Shown here: one piece after another, positions 26,912 to 35,771 of the stretch
Numbering within the stretch: position 1 is the stretch's first letter
Layout of the letters: each line of letters starts with the position of its first letter
Position numbers and translations under genes: made by a program
NCBI GenBank assembly: GCA_965248575.1
Contig: CBDFJQ010000002.1
Coordinates: 5,152,001 to 5,216,000 of the forward strand
Origin: Planctomycetota bacterium
Lineage (GTDB): Bacteria; Planctomycetota; B15-G4
Length of the DNA: 64,000 nucleotides
Direction of reading: 5' to 3'
Notes under the pieces: model-generated
Database searches by the model: none
The model's input: the letters and a program-made list of their open reading frames with translations, nothing else
What the model was told of the DNA's origin: nothing

Positions 26912-28311
26912 TGCGTGGCCTCACGCGCCTGGCGTTGGCACTCCTGTTGTTCGCTCCGATCGGCTTCGGGTGCGGTGCCCGGTCGGCGCAGGCCAAGTCA
27001 GGCCCTCACGTCGTGCTCATCGTCGTGGACACGCTGCGGGCGGATCGCTTGGAACAGTACGGGTACGACGGTCGGACGAGCTCAGCCCTGGCCGGTTTTG
27101 CAGCACAGTCGACGCGTTTCGAGCAGTGCTACGCACCCTCTCCCTGGACCACGCCCAGCACGGCGACGATCCTCACGGGATTGCACCCCTTGCGACATGG
27201 GTCGACTCAACACGGAGCCGCCCTGGGTGACGACCTGGCATCCCTGGCCGAACTCGCGTCCGAGGGCGGCTGGCGAACCGCAGGCTTCTCGTTCAATCAC
27301 AACGTGTCGTCGGTCGCGCACTTTGACCAGGGCTTCGAGCATTTTGAGGACTTTGGCGGCCGCTCCACGGCGTATCCGGACATCGAGGAGATGACGGAGT
27401 CTGTCCAGGATTGGCTGGACGCGGGCGGAGGGGGCGGGCAGAGCCCGTTCTTGCTCTACATGCAGCCGATGAACGCGCACGGCCCGTACCTGGTTCCTGA
27501 GGCGCATCGACCGGACCTTCTCGGGCGCCAGGCGCAGGCCGGCTTCGAGTATTACGGCACACAGATGCGCGCCATCATGAAGAAGGGGCGCATCGAGCAG
27601 CGGGACTTCGTCTCCCAAGTGATGCTTGAGAGCCTGTCGGAGCAATACGATGTTGCGGTGCGCTACACGATGGATGAACTCGGGCGCTTTCTCGAAGGGC
27701 TGAAGGAACGCGGCCTCTACGACGAGAGCCTGATCATCCTCACCGCCGACCATGGCGAAGAACTCTTTGAGCACGGCGGATTCAGCCACGGCTACTCGCT
27801 GCATGAAGAGGTCCTGCATGTGCCCCTCATGATCAAGTTGCCGGCTCAGCAGCACGCGCAGGTGGTGGACGCACCCGTCTCCCTCGCCGACATCTACCCC
27901 ACGGTCGCCGATGCTCTGGGGGTGCCCATGCCCTACCCGGTGGACGGTCAATCGCTGCTGCCCTTGATGGGCCGCGGGATTCCTGGCGCAGCCGGAGCGC
28001 AGGCTGGCCAGCTCTACCATGTGGACTGGAAGTCCCGCTGCGTGGCCCGCAGCTACCGCCTGGGCCGCTACAAGCTGATTCGCATCGAGAGGAACTACGC
28101 CGGTGCGGACGATGAGTTGTTGCTGTTCGACCTGGTTGAAGATCCGACGGAATCCCACAGCATCACCCAGCGCTCACCCAAGATCGTCGAGCGCTTGCTC
28201 GAGCGCATGGAGGCAGCCGTTGGCGAAAACCTGCGGCACAAGATGAGCGCCCCTGGGCTGGTGCTGGATGACATGGACGCCGAGACCCTGAGGCAGTTGG
28301 GTTACCTCTGA
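26911..28311 (+). CDS. Exported sulfatase-like hydrolase/transferase with Thr at the nucleophile position, probable lipoprotein
   Basis: Signal ending FG-C; VVDTLRAD, PWTTPSTATILTG, AHGPY, ADHGE, HG; C-terminal LRQLGYL. Confidence 0.85.
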   Translation: MRGLTRLALALLLFAPIGFGCGARSAQAKSGPHVVLIVVDTLRADRLEQYGYDGRTSSALAGFAAQSTRFEQCYAPSPWTTPSTATILTGLHPLRHGSTQHGAALGDDLASLAELASEGGWRTAGFSFNHNVSSVAHFDQGFEHFEDFGGRSTAYPDIEEMTESVQDWLDAGGGGGQSPFLLYMQPMNAHGPYLVPEAHRPDLLGRQAQAGFEYYGTQMRAIMKKGRIEQRDFVSQVMLESLSEQYDVAVRYTMDELGRFLEGLKERGLYDESLIILTADHGEELFEHGGFSHGYSLHEEVLHVPLMIKLPAQQHAQVVDAPVSLADIYPTVADALGVPMPYPVDGQSLLPLMGRGIPGAAGAQAGQLYHVDWKSRCVARSYRLGRYKLIRIERNYAGADDELLLFDLVEDPTESHSITQRSPKIVERLLERMEAAVGENLRHKMSAPGLVLDDMDAETLRQLGYL

Positions 28312-28330
28312 GCTTGTTCGAGGGGCGCGT

Positions 28331-28936
28331 TCAGTCGCTCGGCGTCAGGCGTTCCTCGAGCCGCTTTCGGACGTCGGGCCATTCGGTGTCCAGGATGCTG
28401 TAGTAGACCGAGTCCCGGTAGAAGCCGTGCTGCACACGGTAGCTCTTGCGCAGGACGCCTTCCTTGACGGCGCCGATGCGCTCGATGGCAGCCTGGGAGC
28501 GCAGGTTGCGTCCGTCGGTCTTGAGCTGCACTCGTACGGCGCCAAGCCCTTCGAAGGCATGTTGGAGCAGGAGCAATTTGCATTCCGTGTTGGCGGCCGT
28601 ACGCATTTGCTCGCGAGCCAGCCACGTCCAGCCGATCTCCAGGGCGCGGTCGCGCACACGGATGTCGAGGTAGCGTGTCGAGCCGATGGCTCGTCCGGTC
28701 TCCTGCAGGACCGTTGCGAAGGGTAGCCCCAAGCCTTCCTCTCGTTCGCTCGTCGCCTGATCGATCCAGGCTTCGACATCATCCAGACTTGCGAAGGCGG
28801 GCCGCGGCATGTGCTGCCAGAGATCTTCGTCGCGGCCGACGGCAAACAGGTCGGGGGCGTGTCGTTCTTCGAGGGGCTCGAGCCGGATGTGCGACGCCGT
28901 CAGGGTGATGGGGGTGGGCTCGAAGCGAGTCTCCAT
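28331..28936 (-). CDS. GNAT N-acetyltransferase (RimJ/RimL type)
   Basis: IRLEPL, IGSTRY, EIGWTW, NTECKLLLLQHAFE, RVQLKTDGRNLRSQAAIERIGA, RDSVYYSI. Confidence 0.92.
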   Translation of the reverse strand: METRFEPTPITLTASHIRLEPLEERHAPDLFAVGRDEDLWQHMPRPAFASLDDVEAWIDQATSEREEGLGLPFATVLQETGRAIGSTRYLDIRVRDRALEIGWTWLAREQMRTAANTECKLLLLQHAFEGLGAVRVQLKTDGRNLRSQAAIERIGAVKEGVLRKSYRVQHGFYRDSVYYSILDTEWPDVRKRLEERLTPSD

Positions 28937-28960
28937 GGGACATGCTCCTGCGGCGAGGGA

Positions 28961-29632
28961 TCAGAGGGGCGCCGGGTCGGGCTCGGCGAGCTCGGAATCA
29001 GCCGGGGGTGAGGGGCTGGTGGGGGGCGTGGTGTCTTCTTGCCCGAAGTGCTCGTCGCGCAGCAGGTCCCAGCCAAAGACGCCCGTCAGGAGATCAAGCA
29101 CCTCGAGCACATCCACGCCCACCTGGACACCGACGAACAGCGCGTGCAAGCCCGCTTCGATCTTGCTGATGCCGATCTGGCCCGCACCGAGCGAGGTGCG
29201 GATGTCCGTAGCCACGAGGTTCAGCACGAAATAGTGCGATTGATCCAGGTAGGCGTCGGCGAGGTACCCGGTCCAATAGGTCTCGATGTCCGTCTCGAGA
29301 TCGGTACGCACCAACTGTCCGCCGAGCACGACTCCCGCCCCGGCTTGCTGCCAGACGTACGCGAAGCCGTAGTCCGTGCCCACGTAGGTCGCGGCCGGCA
29401 GCCAACCGACGCTGGTGCCGAAGACGGGTGCCTGCAGCCGGGCATACAGCCCCGGGGATGCCGACGCACCCACGCTGAAATGCAGGCACTCAGCCGCGTC
29501 CTTCCCGAGCTGACGTGCGTAGGAGCAGCCTGGGCTGAAGCTCGCGAGGGCCAGGCTGAGAGCGAGCATGCAGGCCCGCAAGGCTTGTCGACTCAGGGCG
29601 CAGTTCGAGGTGCTGTGGCAGGTTCGGAACAT
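28961..29632 (-). CDS. Probable lipoprotein of unknown function
   Basis: Hydrophobic signal ending SPG-C, beta-rich body, EVLDLLTGVFGWDLLRDE tail. Start uncertain; the longer listed ORF overlaps hrpB. Confidence 0.55.
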   Translation of the reverse strand: MFRTCHSTSNCALSRQALRACMLALSLALASFSPGCSYARQLGKDAAECLHFSVGASASPGLYARLQAPVFGTSVGWLPAATYVGTDYGFAYVWQQAGAGVVLGGQLVRTDLETDIETYWTGYLADAYLDQSHYFVLNLVATDIRTSLGAGQIGISKIEAGLHALFVGVQVGVDVLEVLDLLTGVFGWDLLRDEHFGQEDTTPPTSPSPPADSELAEPDPAPL

Positions 29633-29735
29633 GGCGTTGCATCCTGGGACTCGGAGTGACCGGCTGCAAGGGTGTTCGTGGGAAGCTGCGAGGTGCGGGC
29701 TCGATTCGACGGGGCTGATGGCGGAGGATCCCGGA

Positions 29736-32339
29736 GTGAACAAGTCAGAGCTTCCCGTCGACAGCGTGTTGCCCGAGCTGGTGAGCGCCTTGCGTTCCCA
29801 CGGCTCTGCGGTGCTCGTTGCGCCCACGGGTGCCGGCAAGACCACGCGTGTTCCGCCAGCCATCCTGGATTCCGGCCTGGCGGAGATCCCGCAGGGAAAG
29901 CAGACCCGGCCGGGGACGCTGATCCTGCTGGAGCCTCGGCGACTCGCTGCCCGTGCCGCTGCTGCTCGCATGGCCTTCGAGCGCGGGCGCGGGCGCGTGG
30001 GCGATGAGGTGGGATATCGCGTTCGCTTCGACAGCGCCGTCAGCAAGGCCACACGCATCGAGGTCATGACGGGAGGCGTCTTCTTGCGGCGCCTCCAGAG
30101 CGACCCCTTCCTCGAGGGTGTTGGCGCTGTGATCTTTGATGAGTTCCACGAGCGTTCCCTGGATACGGACGTGGCCTTCGCCATGGTCCAACGCTTGCGG
30201 GCCGAGCGGGATCAGGAGCTCCCGGTCGTCGTGATGAGCGCCACTTTGGACGTGGAGCCTCTGGCGGCTGCCTTGGGGGGGGGGAATGCGGGCGCCAGGT
30301 CGAGCTGCCCCATCATCCGCTCCGAGGGCAGGGCCTATCCGGTGGAGGTGCGTTATCTGCCCGCAAGCCTGGGCGCCCGCCCAGTCGACGAACTGGTGCT
30401 GCTCGGCGTCCGGAACGTCCTGGGCGAGACGGACGGAGACGTGCTCGTGTTCCTGCCCGGAGTCGGGGAGATTCGGCGGGCAGGCACGGCTCTCACGGAG
30501 CTGAGCGAACAGCAGGGCTTCGATTTGCTGGAGCTCTACGGGGATCTGCCGCTGGAACGCCAAGCTTCTGTGCTGCAGGCAGGGGCCCGACGTCGAGTGA
30601 TCCTGGCCACCAATGTTGCGGAAACTTCGGTCACCATTCCCGGCGTCACGGCCGTCGTGGACACGGGCACGGCGCGTCGCGCGCATCACGATCTGGCAGC
30701 CGGCTTGGATCGACTCCAGCTCGTCCCCATCTCGCGTGCTTCGGCAAAGCAACGCGCGGGGCGCGCGGGGCGGACTGGCCCGGGTCTCTGCGCACGCTTG
30801 TGGACGGAGGCGGAGCAGGCCAATCGACCGGAGCAGGACTCCCCTGAACTCCAGCGTGTGGATCTCACAAGCGCCGTGCTGCAGTTGCTTGTCTGGGGAG
30901 AGCGGGCTCCTGCCGCCTTGCCCTGGTTGGATGCGCCTCCGCCGGCAGCCCTTGAGCGAAGCATGCAGCTGCTCGATGCGCTTGGGGCCACGCGTGAGGG
31001 CGTGCCGACGGCCTATGGGCACCAACTCGCGAGACTTCCGGTGCACCCGCGCCTGGCAGGCTTGCTGGTGCAGGGGGCTGCCTCGGGGCTCTTGAGGAGG
31101 GCTTCGATGGCGGCCGCCTTGCTGTCCGAGCGGGACCCCTTCGCTGCCCGGCGCGGGCAGGCGGTGGATCGTTCCGAATCCGATCTGCTGGATCGTGTGC
31201 AGCGCCTGGAACGGTCGGAGAAGAGCGAGCGCAGTCGCGACGCCGGGCGCGCCCGGGCCGTCCTGCGTGTCGCCAAGCAGCTGGAGCGCCTGGGGAAGTC
31301 GATACTGAGCCAGGCCCCCGCGGCCGACGAGTCTCCAGGGCCTGTCAGTCCAGGGCGAAACGCCTCGGACGACGAGGCTTTCTTGCGCTTGCTGGTCGCT
31401 GCCATGCCTGATCGCGTGGCGCGCCGCAGAGCGGCGGGAGAAGCGCGCGGCATCATGGTGGGTGGGCGGGGTGTCCGGCTGGCGCAGGAGAGCGCCGTGC
31501 GCGATGCAAGTCTCTTTCTCTGCGTCGAGCTGTCGGCAGGCGCTGCGGGGGCGCGCTCGGAAGCCCTGGTGCGCCTGGCTTCGCGGGTGGAGCTGGACTG
31601 GCTCCCGCAGGACGAGCAGCGTCAGGAAACGGGGCTGGTCTTTGACGAACAATCTGAGCGCATCGTGGGCAGGCATCGACTGCTGTACCGCGACCTGGTC
31701 ATCGAGGAAAGCTCCTCAAGCTTGCCGGGCGCGGGCCTGGTCTCGAGCGCCTTGCAGGAGGCGGCGTCCTCGCGGCTGGAGCGCGCGCTGTCACTCCAGG
31801 CGGAGGACCTGCTCTCGCTCCAGGCTCGCCTGGAGTTCCTGCGAGAAGCGCGACCGCAAGATCCATGGCCCCGCTTGGAGGACGAGACCTGGCGCTCCAT
31901 GTTGCCCCGGCTGTGCGCGGGTCGGCGTTCGTTTGCCGAGCTGCGGCGGCTGTCGTTGGCACAGGAAGTCATGAACACCCTCGACCACCGCCAGCGTGCG
32001 TCGCTAGCCGATGAGGCGCCCGAGTTCCTCGTGGTTCCAAGCGGCAGTCGGAAGAAGCTGCGCTATGAGCAGGGGCGGCCTCCGGTCTTGGCGGTGCGCA
32101 TCCAGGAGGTCTTCGGCTGGACGGAGACACCTCGCCTGGCGGGGGGCCGTGTTCCCGTCGTGCTCCAGCTGCTCGCACCGAACAACCGCCCGCAGCAGGT
32201 CACGGACGACCTGGCCAGCTTCTGGGCGGGGGCCTATGCCCAAGTTCGCAAGGACCTTCGCGCTCGCTATCCCAAGCATGCCTGGCCCGAGGATCCGACC
32301 CAGGCCGTGGCAGAACGACGGCCCAAACGCCGGCGATGA
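29736..32339 (+). CDS. hrpB: ATP-dependent RNA helicase HrpB
   Basis: APTGAGKTT, LEPRRLAAR, DEFHER, MSAT, ATNVAETSVTI, QRAGRAGR, C-terminal DLASFW..Y..RKDLRARYPKHAWPEDP. Start 29736 or 29718. Confidence 0.95.
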   Translation: MNKSELPVDSVLPELVSALRSHGSAVLVAPTGAGKTTRVPPAILDSGLAEIPQGKQTRPGTLILLEPRRLAARAAAARMAFERGRGRVGDEVGYRVRFDSAVSKATRIEVMTGGVFLRRLQSDPFLEGVGAVIFDEFHERSLDTDVAFAMVQRLRAERDQELPVVVMSATLDVEPLAAALGGGNAGARSSCPIIRSEGRAYPVEVRYLPASLGARPVDELVLLGVRNVLGETDGDVLVFLPGVGEIRRAGTALTELSEQQGFDLLELYGDLPLERQASVLQAGARRRVILATNVAETSVTIPGVTAVVDTGTARRAHHDLAAGLDRLQLVPISRASAKQRAGRAGRTGPGLCARLWTEAEQANRPEQDSPELQRVDLTSAVLQLLVWGERAPAALPWLDAPPPAALERSMQLLDALGATREGVPTAYGHQLARLPVHPRLAGLLVQGAASGLLRRASMAAALLSERDPFAARRGQAVDRSESDLLDRVQRLERSEKSERSRDAGRARAVLRVAKQLERLGKSILSQAPAADESPGPVSPGRNASDDEAFLRLLVAAMPDRVARRRAAGEARGIMVGGRGVRLAQESAVRDASLFLCVELSAGAAGARSEALVRLASRVELDWLPQDEQRQETGLVFDEQSERIVGRHRLLYRDLVIEESSSSLPGAGLVSSALQEAASSRLERALSLQAEDLLSLQARLEFLREARPQDPWPRLEDETWRSMLPRLCAGRRSFAELRRLSLAQEVMNTLDHRQRASLADEAPEFLVVPSGSRKKLRYEQGRPPVLAVRIQEVFGWTETPRLAGGRVPVVLQLLAPNNRPQQVTDDLASFWAGAYAQVRKDLRARYPKHAWPEDPTQAVAERRPKRRR
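30275..30284 (+). repeat. G10 homopolymer inside hrpB
   Basis: TTGGGGGGGGGGAAT, read in frame as LGGGN. Confidence 0.85.
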
Positions 32340-32498
32340 CAGCGGGTCCAGGCAGGGCCAGCCTGAGGGTGGACACGCTGGGGCTTGCGAAGCATCTGGA
32401 AGCGGCCATGGAATCGACAGTGGATGGCGCTTCACTGCCGGAGCCCCATGAGGCGATGATGCACGGCCACCAGCTCTCCCGCTCTCCGAGGTCCTGCC

Positions 32499-34331
32499 AT
32501 GCTCGCCTTTCGCACTGCTGCCAAGTTCCTGCTTGCCACGGTCTCCGCACTGACCCTCATGGGGCCCTTGGTTGGAGCGAGCCTTGGCCCCGGCGACGGC
32601 GACGATGCGGATGCTGAAGCAGCGCGTCCCAAGGTGGTGGAGTTGGTCATCTCCGGCAACACGTCCGAGGAACCGGCCATCGACAATCCGCTGGGTCCGT
32701 CGCGACGGAACTTCCGGCGCAAGCTCGCCCAGATCCGGGAGATCGCTGCCGACGAGGACATCGCTGGCATCTCCTTGAAGATCAACTCGGCGCCTGGCTG
32801 GGCCAAGAGCCTGGACATGCTCGTGGAGCTCCGCGCTGCCAAGGCCGCCGGGAAGAAGATCATCTGCTACGCGGAGATGCTGACGCGCAGCGACGCCATG
32901 ATCTCGAGCGTGGCTGACCTGCTGGCGGTGCCGCCCTCGGGCATGATCATCTTGGAGGGCTTGAGCGCGGAGCTCATGTACCTCAAGAACCTCTTCGCCA
33001 AGCTCGACGTGCGCTTCGACGTGCTGCACATCGGTGACTTCAAGACGGCCTACGAGAACTACGCCAAGGACTCCATGAGCGAGGGGCAACGCGCCACCAT
33101 CGAGGCGCTCCTGGATGAGTTCTATGGGCAACTGCTGAATGTGATGGCCCGGAACCGCGGAATCTCGGAAGACACGGTCGAATCCATGTTCGAGAAGATC
33201 TTCGTGGATGCAAGCGATGCCGAACAGGCGGGCTTCATCGACGCGGCGATCTACAAGGATGAGTACGACGCTCGGGTCGAAGCGATGTTCGGTGGCGAGA
33301 TCGAACTCGTGAAGGGCTATGGCGATCGCACGAAGGAAGACATCGAGAAGATGCTCGAGAGCCCGTTCGCGATCTTCACCTTGCTGCCCAAGTTGCTGAA
33401 CCCGCCCAAGGTCGAGCTTCCGGATGAGCCCTATGTGGCCATCGTCTACGCAAGCGGTGCGATCGCGAGTGGAAAGAGCCAGAGCGACTTCCAGGGCAAC
33501 GTGTCCCAGATGGGTAGCGACACCATCGTCGAAGCACTCAACAAGACCAGGGACGACGAGAACTGCAAGGCCGTGGTGCTGCGCGTGAACAGCCCCGGCG
33601 GCAGCGCGTTGGCCAGCGACATGATCTGGCGCGCGGTGAAGCAGGTGCAGGAGGCCGGCAAGCCGGTGGTCTCCTCGATGGGCTCCGTGGCTGCCTCCGG
33701 CGGCTATTGGATCTCCATGGGCTGCGACGCCATCGTCGCCCAGCCCAGCACCATCACCGGTTCCATCGGTGTGGTGTCGATGATCCCGGACCTCAGCACG
33801 ACGATAAAGAACATGGGCATCAACGTGGAGGTGGTGTCACGCGGCCCGCACGGTGATCAGTTGTCGGTGCTCAAGCACGGCGCCTCGCCGCTGCTCAAGG
33901 AGAAAATGACGCACTGGATGGAGACGGTGTACGACGAGTTCATCCAGAAGGTGTCCGTGGGCCGGGGCCTCGACCCCGACCGGGTGCGTGAGCTGGCCCA
34001 AGGTCGAGCCTGGACCGGTCGCGATGCGGCGGACAACGGGCTTATCGATGAGTTGGGCGGATTCCAGGAAGCCCTGGACCTCGCCGCAGCCCTTGGAGGT
34101 CTGGGTGCCGATGCGCCCATGGTGGAGTACCCCGAGGTGCCCAACTTCCTGGAGCAGCTCGAAGAGACCATGCAGGGTGCGGTGCACATCGCGTCGCCCG
34201 TGGAAGAAGTGCTGGAAGCGCTTGGCTTCGGCGAGTTGCTGATGACCGCTCGCAACGCCATGGCTGACGGACACGCCTTGTCCCGTGACCGCGTGCAGGC
34301 GGTGCTTCCGTTCCAGATGGTCATCCGCTGA
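32499..34331 (+). CDS. sppA: Signal peptide peptidase SppA (two-domain S49)
   Basis: IGDFKTAYE (Lys), VLRVNSPGGSALAS, VAASGGY (Ser), TGSIGV, AQGRAWTG, GLIDELGG. Confidence 0.93.
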   Translation: MLAFRTAAKFLLATVSALTLMGPLVGASLGPGDGDDADAEAARPKVVELVISGNTSEEPAIDNPLGPSRRNFRRKLAQIREIAADEDIAGISLKINSAPGWAKSLDMLVELRAAKAAGKKIICYAEMLTRSDAMISSVADLLAVPPSGMIILEGLSAELMYLKNLFAKLDVRFDVLHIGDFKTAYENYAKDSMSEGQRATIEALLDEFYGQLLNVMARNRGISEDTVESMFEKIFVDASDAEQAGFIDAAIYKDEYDARVEAMFGGEIELVKGYGDRTKEDIEKMLESPFAIFTLLPKLLNPPKVELPDEPYVAIVYASGAIASGKSQSDFQGNVSQMGSDTIVEALNKTRDDENCKAVVLRVNSPGGSALASDMIWRAVKQVQEAGKPVVSSMGSVAASGGYWISMGCDAIVAQPSTITGSIGVVSMIPDLSTTIKNMGINVEVVSRGPHGDQLSVLKHGASPLLKEKMTHWMETVYDEFIQKVSVGRGLDPDRVRELAQGRAWTGRDAADNGLIDELGGFQEALDLAAALGGLGADAPMVEYPEVPNFLEQLEETMQGAVHIASPVEEVLEALGFGELLMTARNAMADGHALSRDRVQAVLPFQMVIR

Positions 34332-34371
34332 ACTTGACGGGCAGTTCTAGGCCAGGGTGGGGCCGGCGCGG

Positions 34372-35676
34372 CTAGTGCGGGTTCCGGAGCTTGTCGCGCA
34401 GGTTCGTCTCGTAGCGCCGTTGGGGAAGACCAGACAGGCCGCCGCGGTAGCCCTCGCCATCCTTGACCACTTCGAGGATGGCACCCTGAGCGAGCTTTTC
34501 GGGTTGGGCGATCACGTCCTCGCTGCAGATCAGCAGGTCGGCCCGCTGGCCGGGGGCGAGGGTGCCGGTGTCCGGTGTGTTGATGTGCGTGGCTGCCAGC
34601 CCCGTGCTGCTGTGCCATGCAGCCAGATTGGACAGCCCCTCGCGCACCAGGGCTGCCGTCTCCAGACCGTTGGTGCCGTGCATGCCGGGCAACACGGGGT
34701 CGGTGCCCATCAGGATCGGCAAGCCACCCTTAGCCGCATAGGCCGTGGCTTGGGCGTGCACCTCGGCGACCTTCTTCACCTTGTCCATCACGAAGTCGCT
34801 GAGGCCGTCGGCCCGCGTGAGTTCGTCCATGACCCAGGAGGTGGGGGTGACCACACACTCATGTTGGGCGGCGAGGTCGACCATCTCCTCGTCCATGAAC
34901 GAGATGTGCTGGAGGTCATGGACACCGCTGCGGATGGCGAGTTCGATGCCGCGCCGACTGTGGGCGTGGGCCGCGACCTGCAGGCCGCGAGCGTGAGCTT
35001 CATCGACGATGGTCTCCACCTCCTCCGGCGTGAAATCACGGCACTCGAGGTGGTCGCTGGGTGAGGCCACACCCGGGCTCGCGCAGATCTTGATCAGGTC
35101 GGCCCCGCAGGCAGCCAGCTCGCGCACGCGCTTGCGGCACTCCCAGGGACCGTCGACGATGCTGCTGGGGCGGCCAGCCGCTTCGGGCCAGAGGCGCGAG
35201 AGTTCTCCGTGGCATCGATCCACACCGCGGAAGTCCGCATGACCGCCGGTGGACGACAGCATGGCGATGCTGATCTTGAGTCTCGGTCCCAGGATGGTCC
35301 CATTGTCCACGAGCCGCTTGTGGAGGTCCGTGGCGCCCCCGACGTCACGCATGGTCGTGACGCCGCCATCCACGAGCGTCGTGTGCAGGATCTTCTCGAC
35401 CCACAACAGCGACTCGCCCGTGAGCATCGTCTCCATGGCGGCGCTGTCGAGGCCCAACACGGTCACGTGTCCGTGGCAGTCAATCAGGCCCGGAGTGACG
35501 GTGTAGGCTGAACAATCGAGCAGCGTGTGGTCCTCTCCCACGCTGAAAGCCGGGTCGTGGGGGACCAGCTTGTGCACACGGCCTTGGTCGAGAAAAAGAT
35601 CAGCGCCCCTGTGGATCGCGCCATCATCGGAGCCGGTACCGTCGTACAGCAACCCAATGTTGGACAGGATGATCAT
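34372..35676 (-). CDS. Metal-dependent amidohydrolase (prolidase-like subgroup)
   Basis: PGLIDCHGH, GVTTMRDVGG, GADLIK, AAHAH, GTD, GTLAPGQRADL. Confidence 0.88.
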   Translation of the reverse strand: MIILSNIGLLYDGTGSDDGAIHRGADLFLDQGRVHKLVPHDPAFSVGEDHTLLDCSAYTVTPGLIDCHGHVTVLGLDSAAMETMLTGESLLWVEKILHTTLVDGGVTTMRDVGGATDLHKRLVDNGTILGPRLKISIAMLSSTGGHADFRGVDRCHGELSRLWPEAAGRPSSIVDGPWECRKRVRELAACGADLIKICASPGVASPSDHLECRDFTPEEVETIVDEAHARGLQVAAHAHSRRGIELAIRSGVHDLQHISFMDEEMVDLAAQHECVVTPTSWVMDELTRADGLSDFVMDKVKKVAEVHAQATAYAAKGGLPILMGTDPVLPGMHGTNGLETAALVREGLSNLAAWHSSTGLAATHINTPDTGTLAPGQRADLLICSEDVIAQPEKLAQGAILEVVKDGEGYRGGLSGLPQRRYETNLRDKLRNPH

Positions 35677-35771
35677 CGATTCGAGCTCCGAGCATGGGCC
35701 CCGGGACTGCACCCGGGAAGGGAGTGTGAGACGAACGCGCGCGACACCTTACCCGGAAACAGGGAGACGCG

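Noticed and set aside
32340..32450. Hairpins between hrpB and sppA (also 101-152 after the first gene)
   Set aside because: Short imperfect stems after stop codons are common in GC-rich DNA, and I saw no distinguishing motif or second copy.
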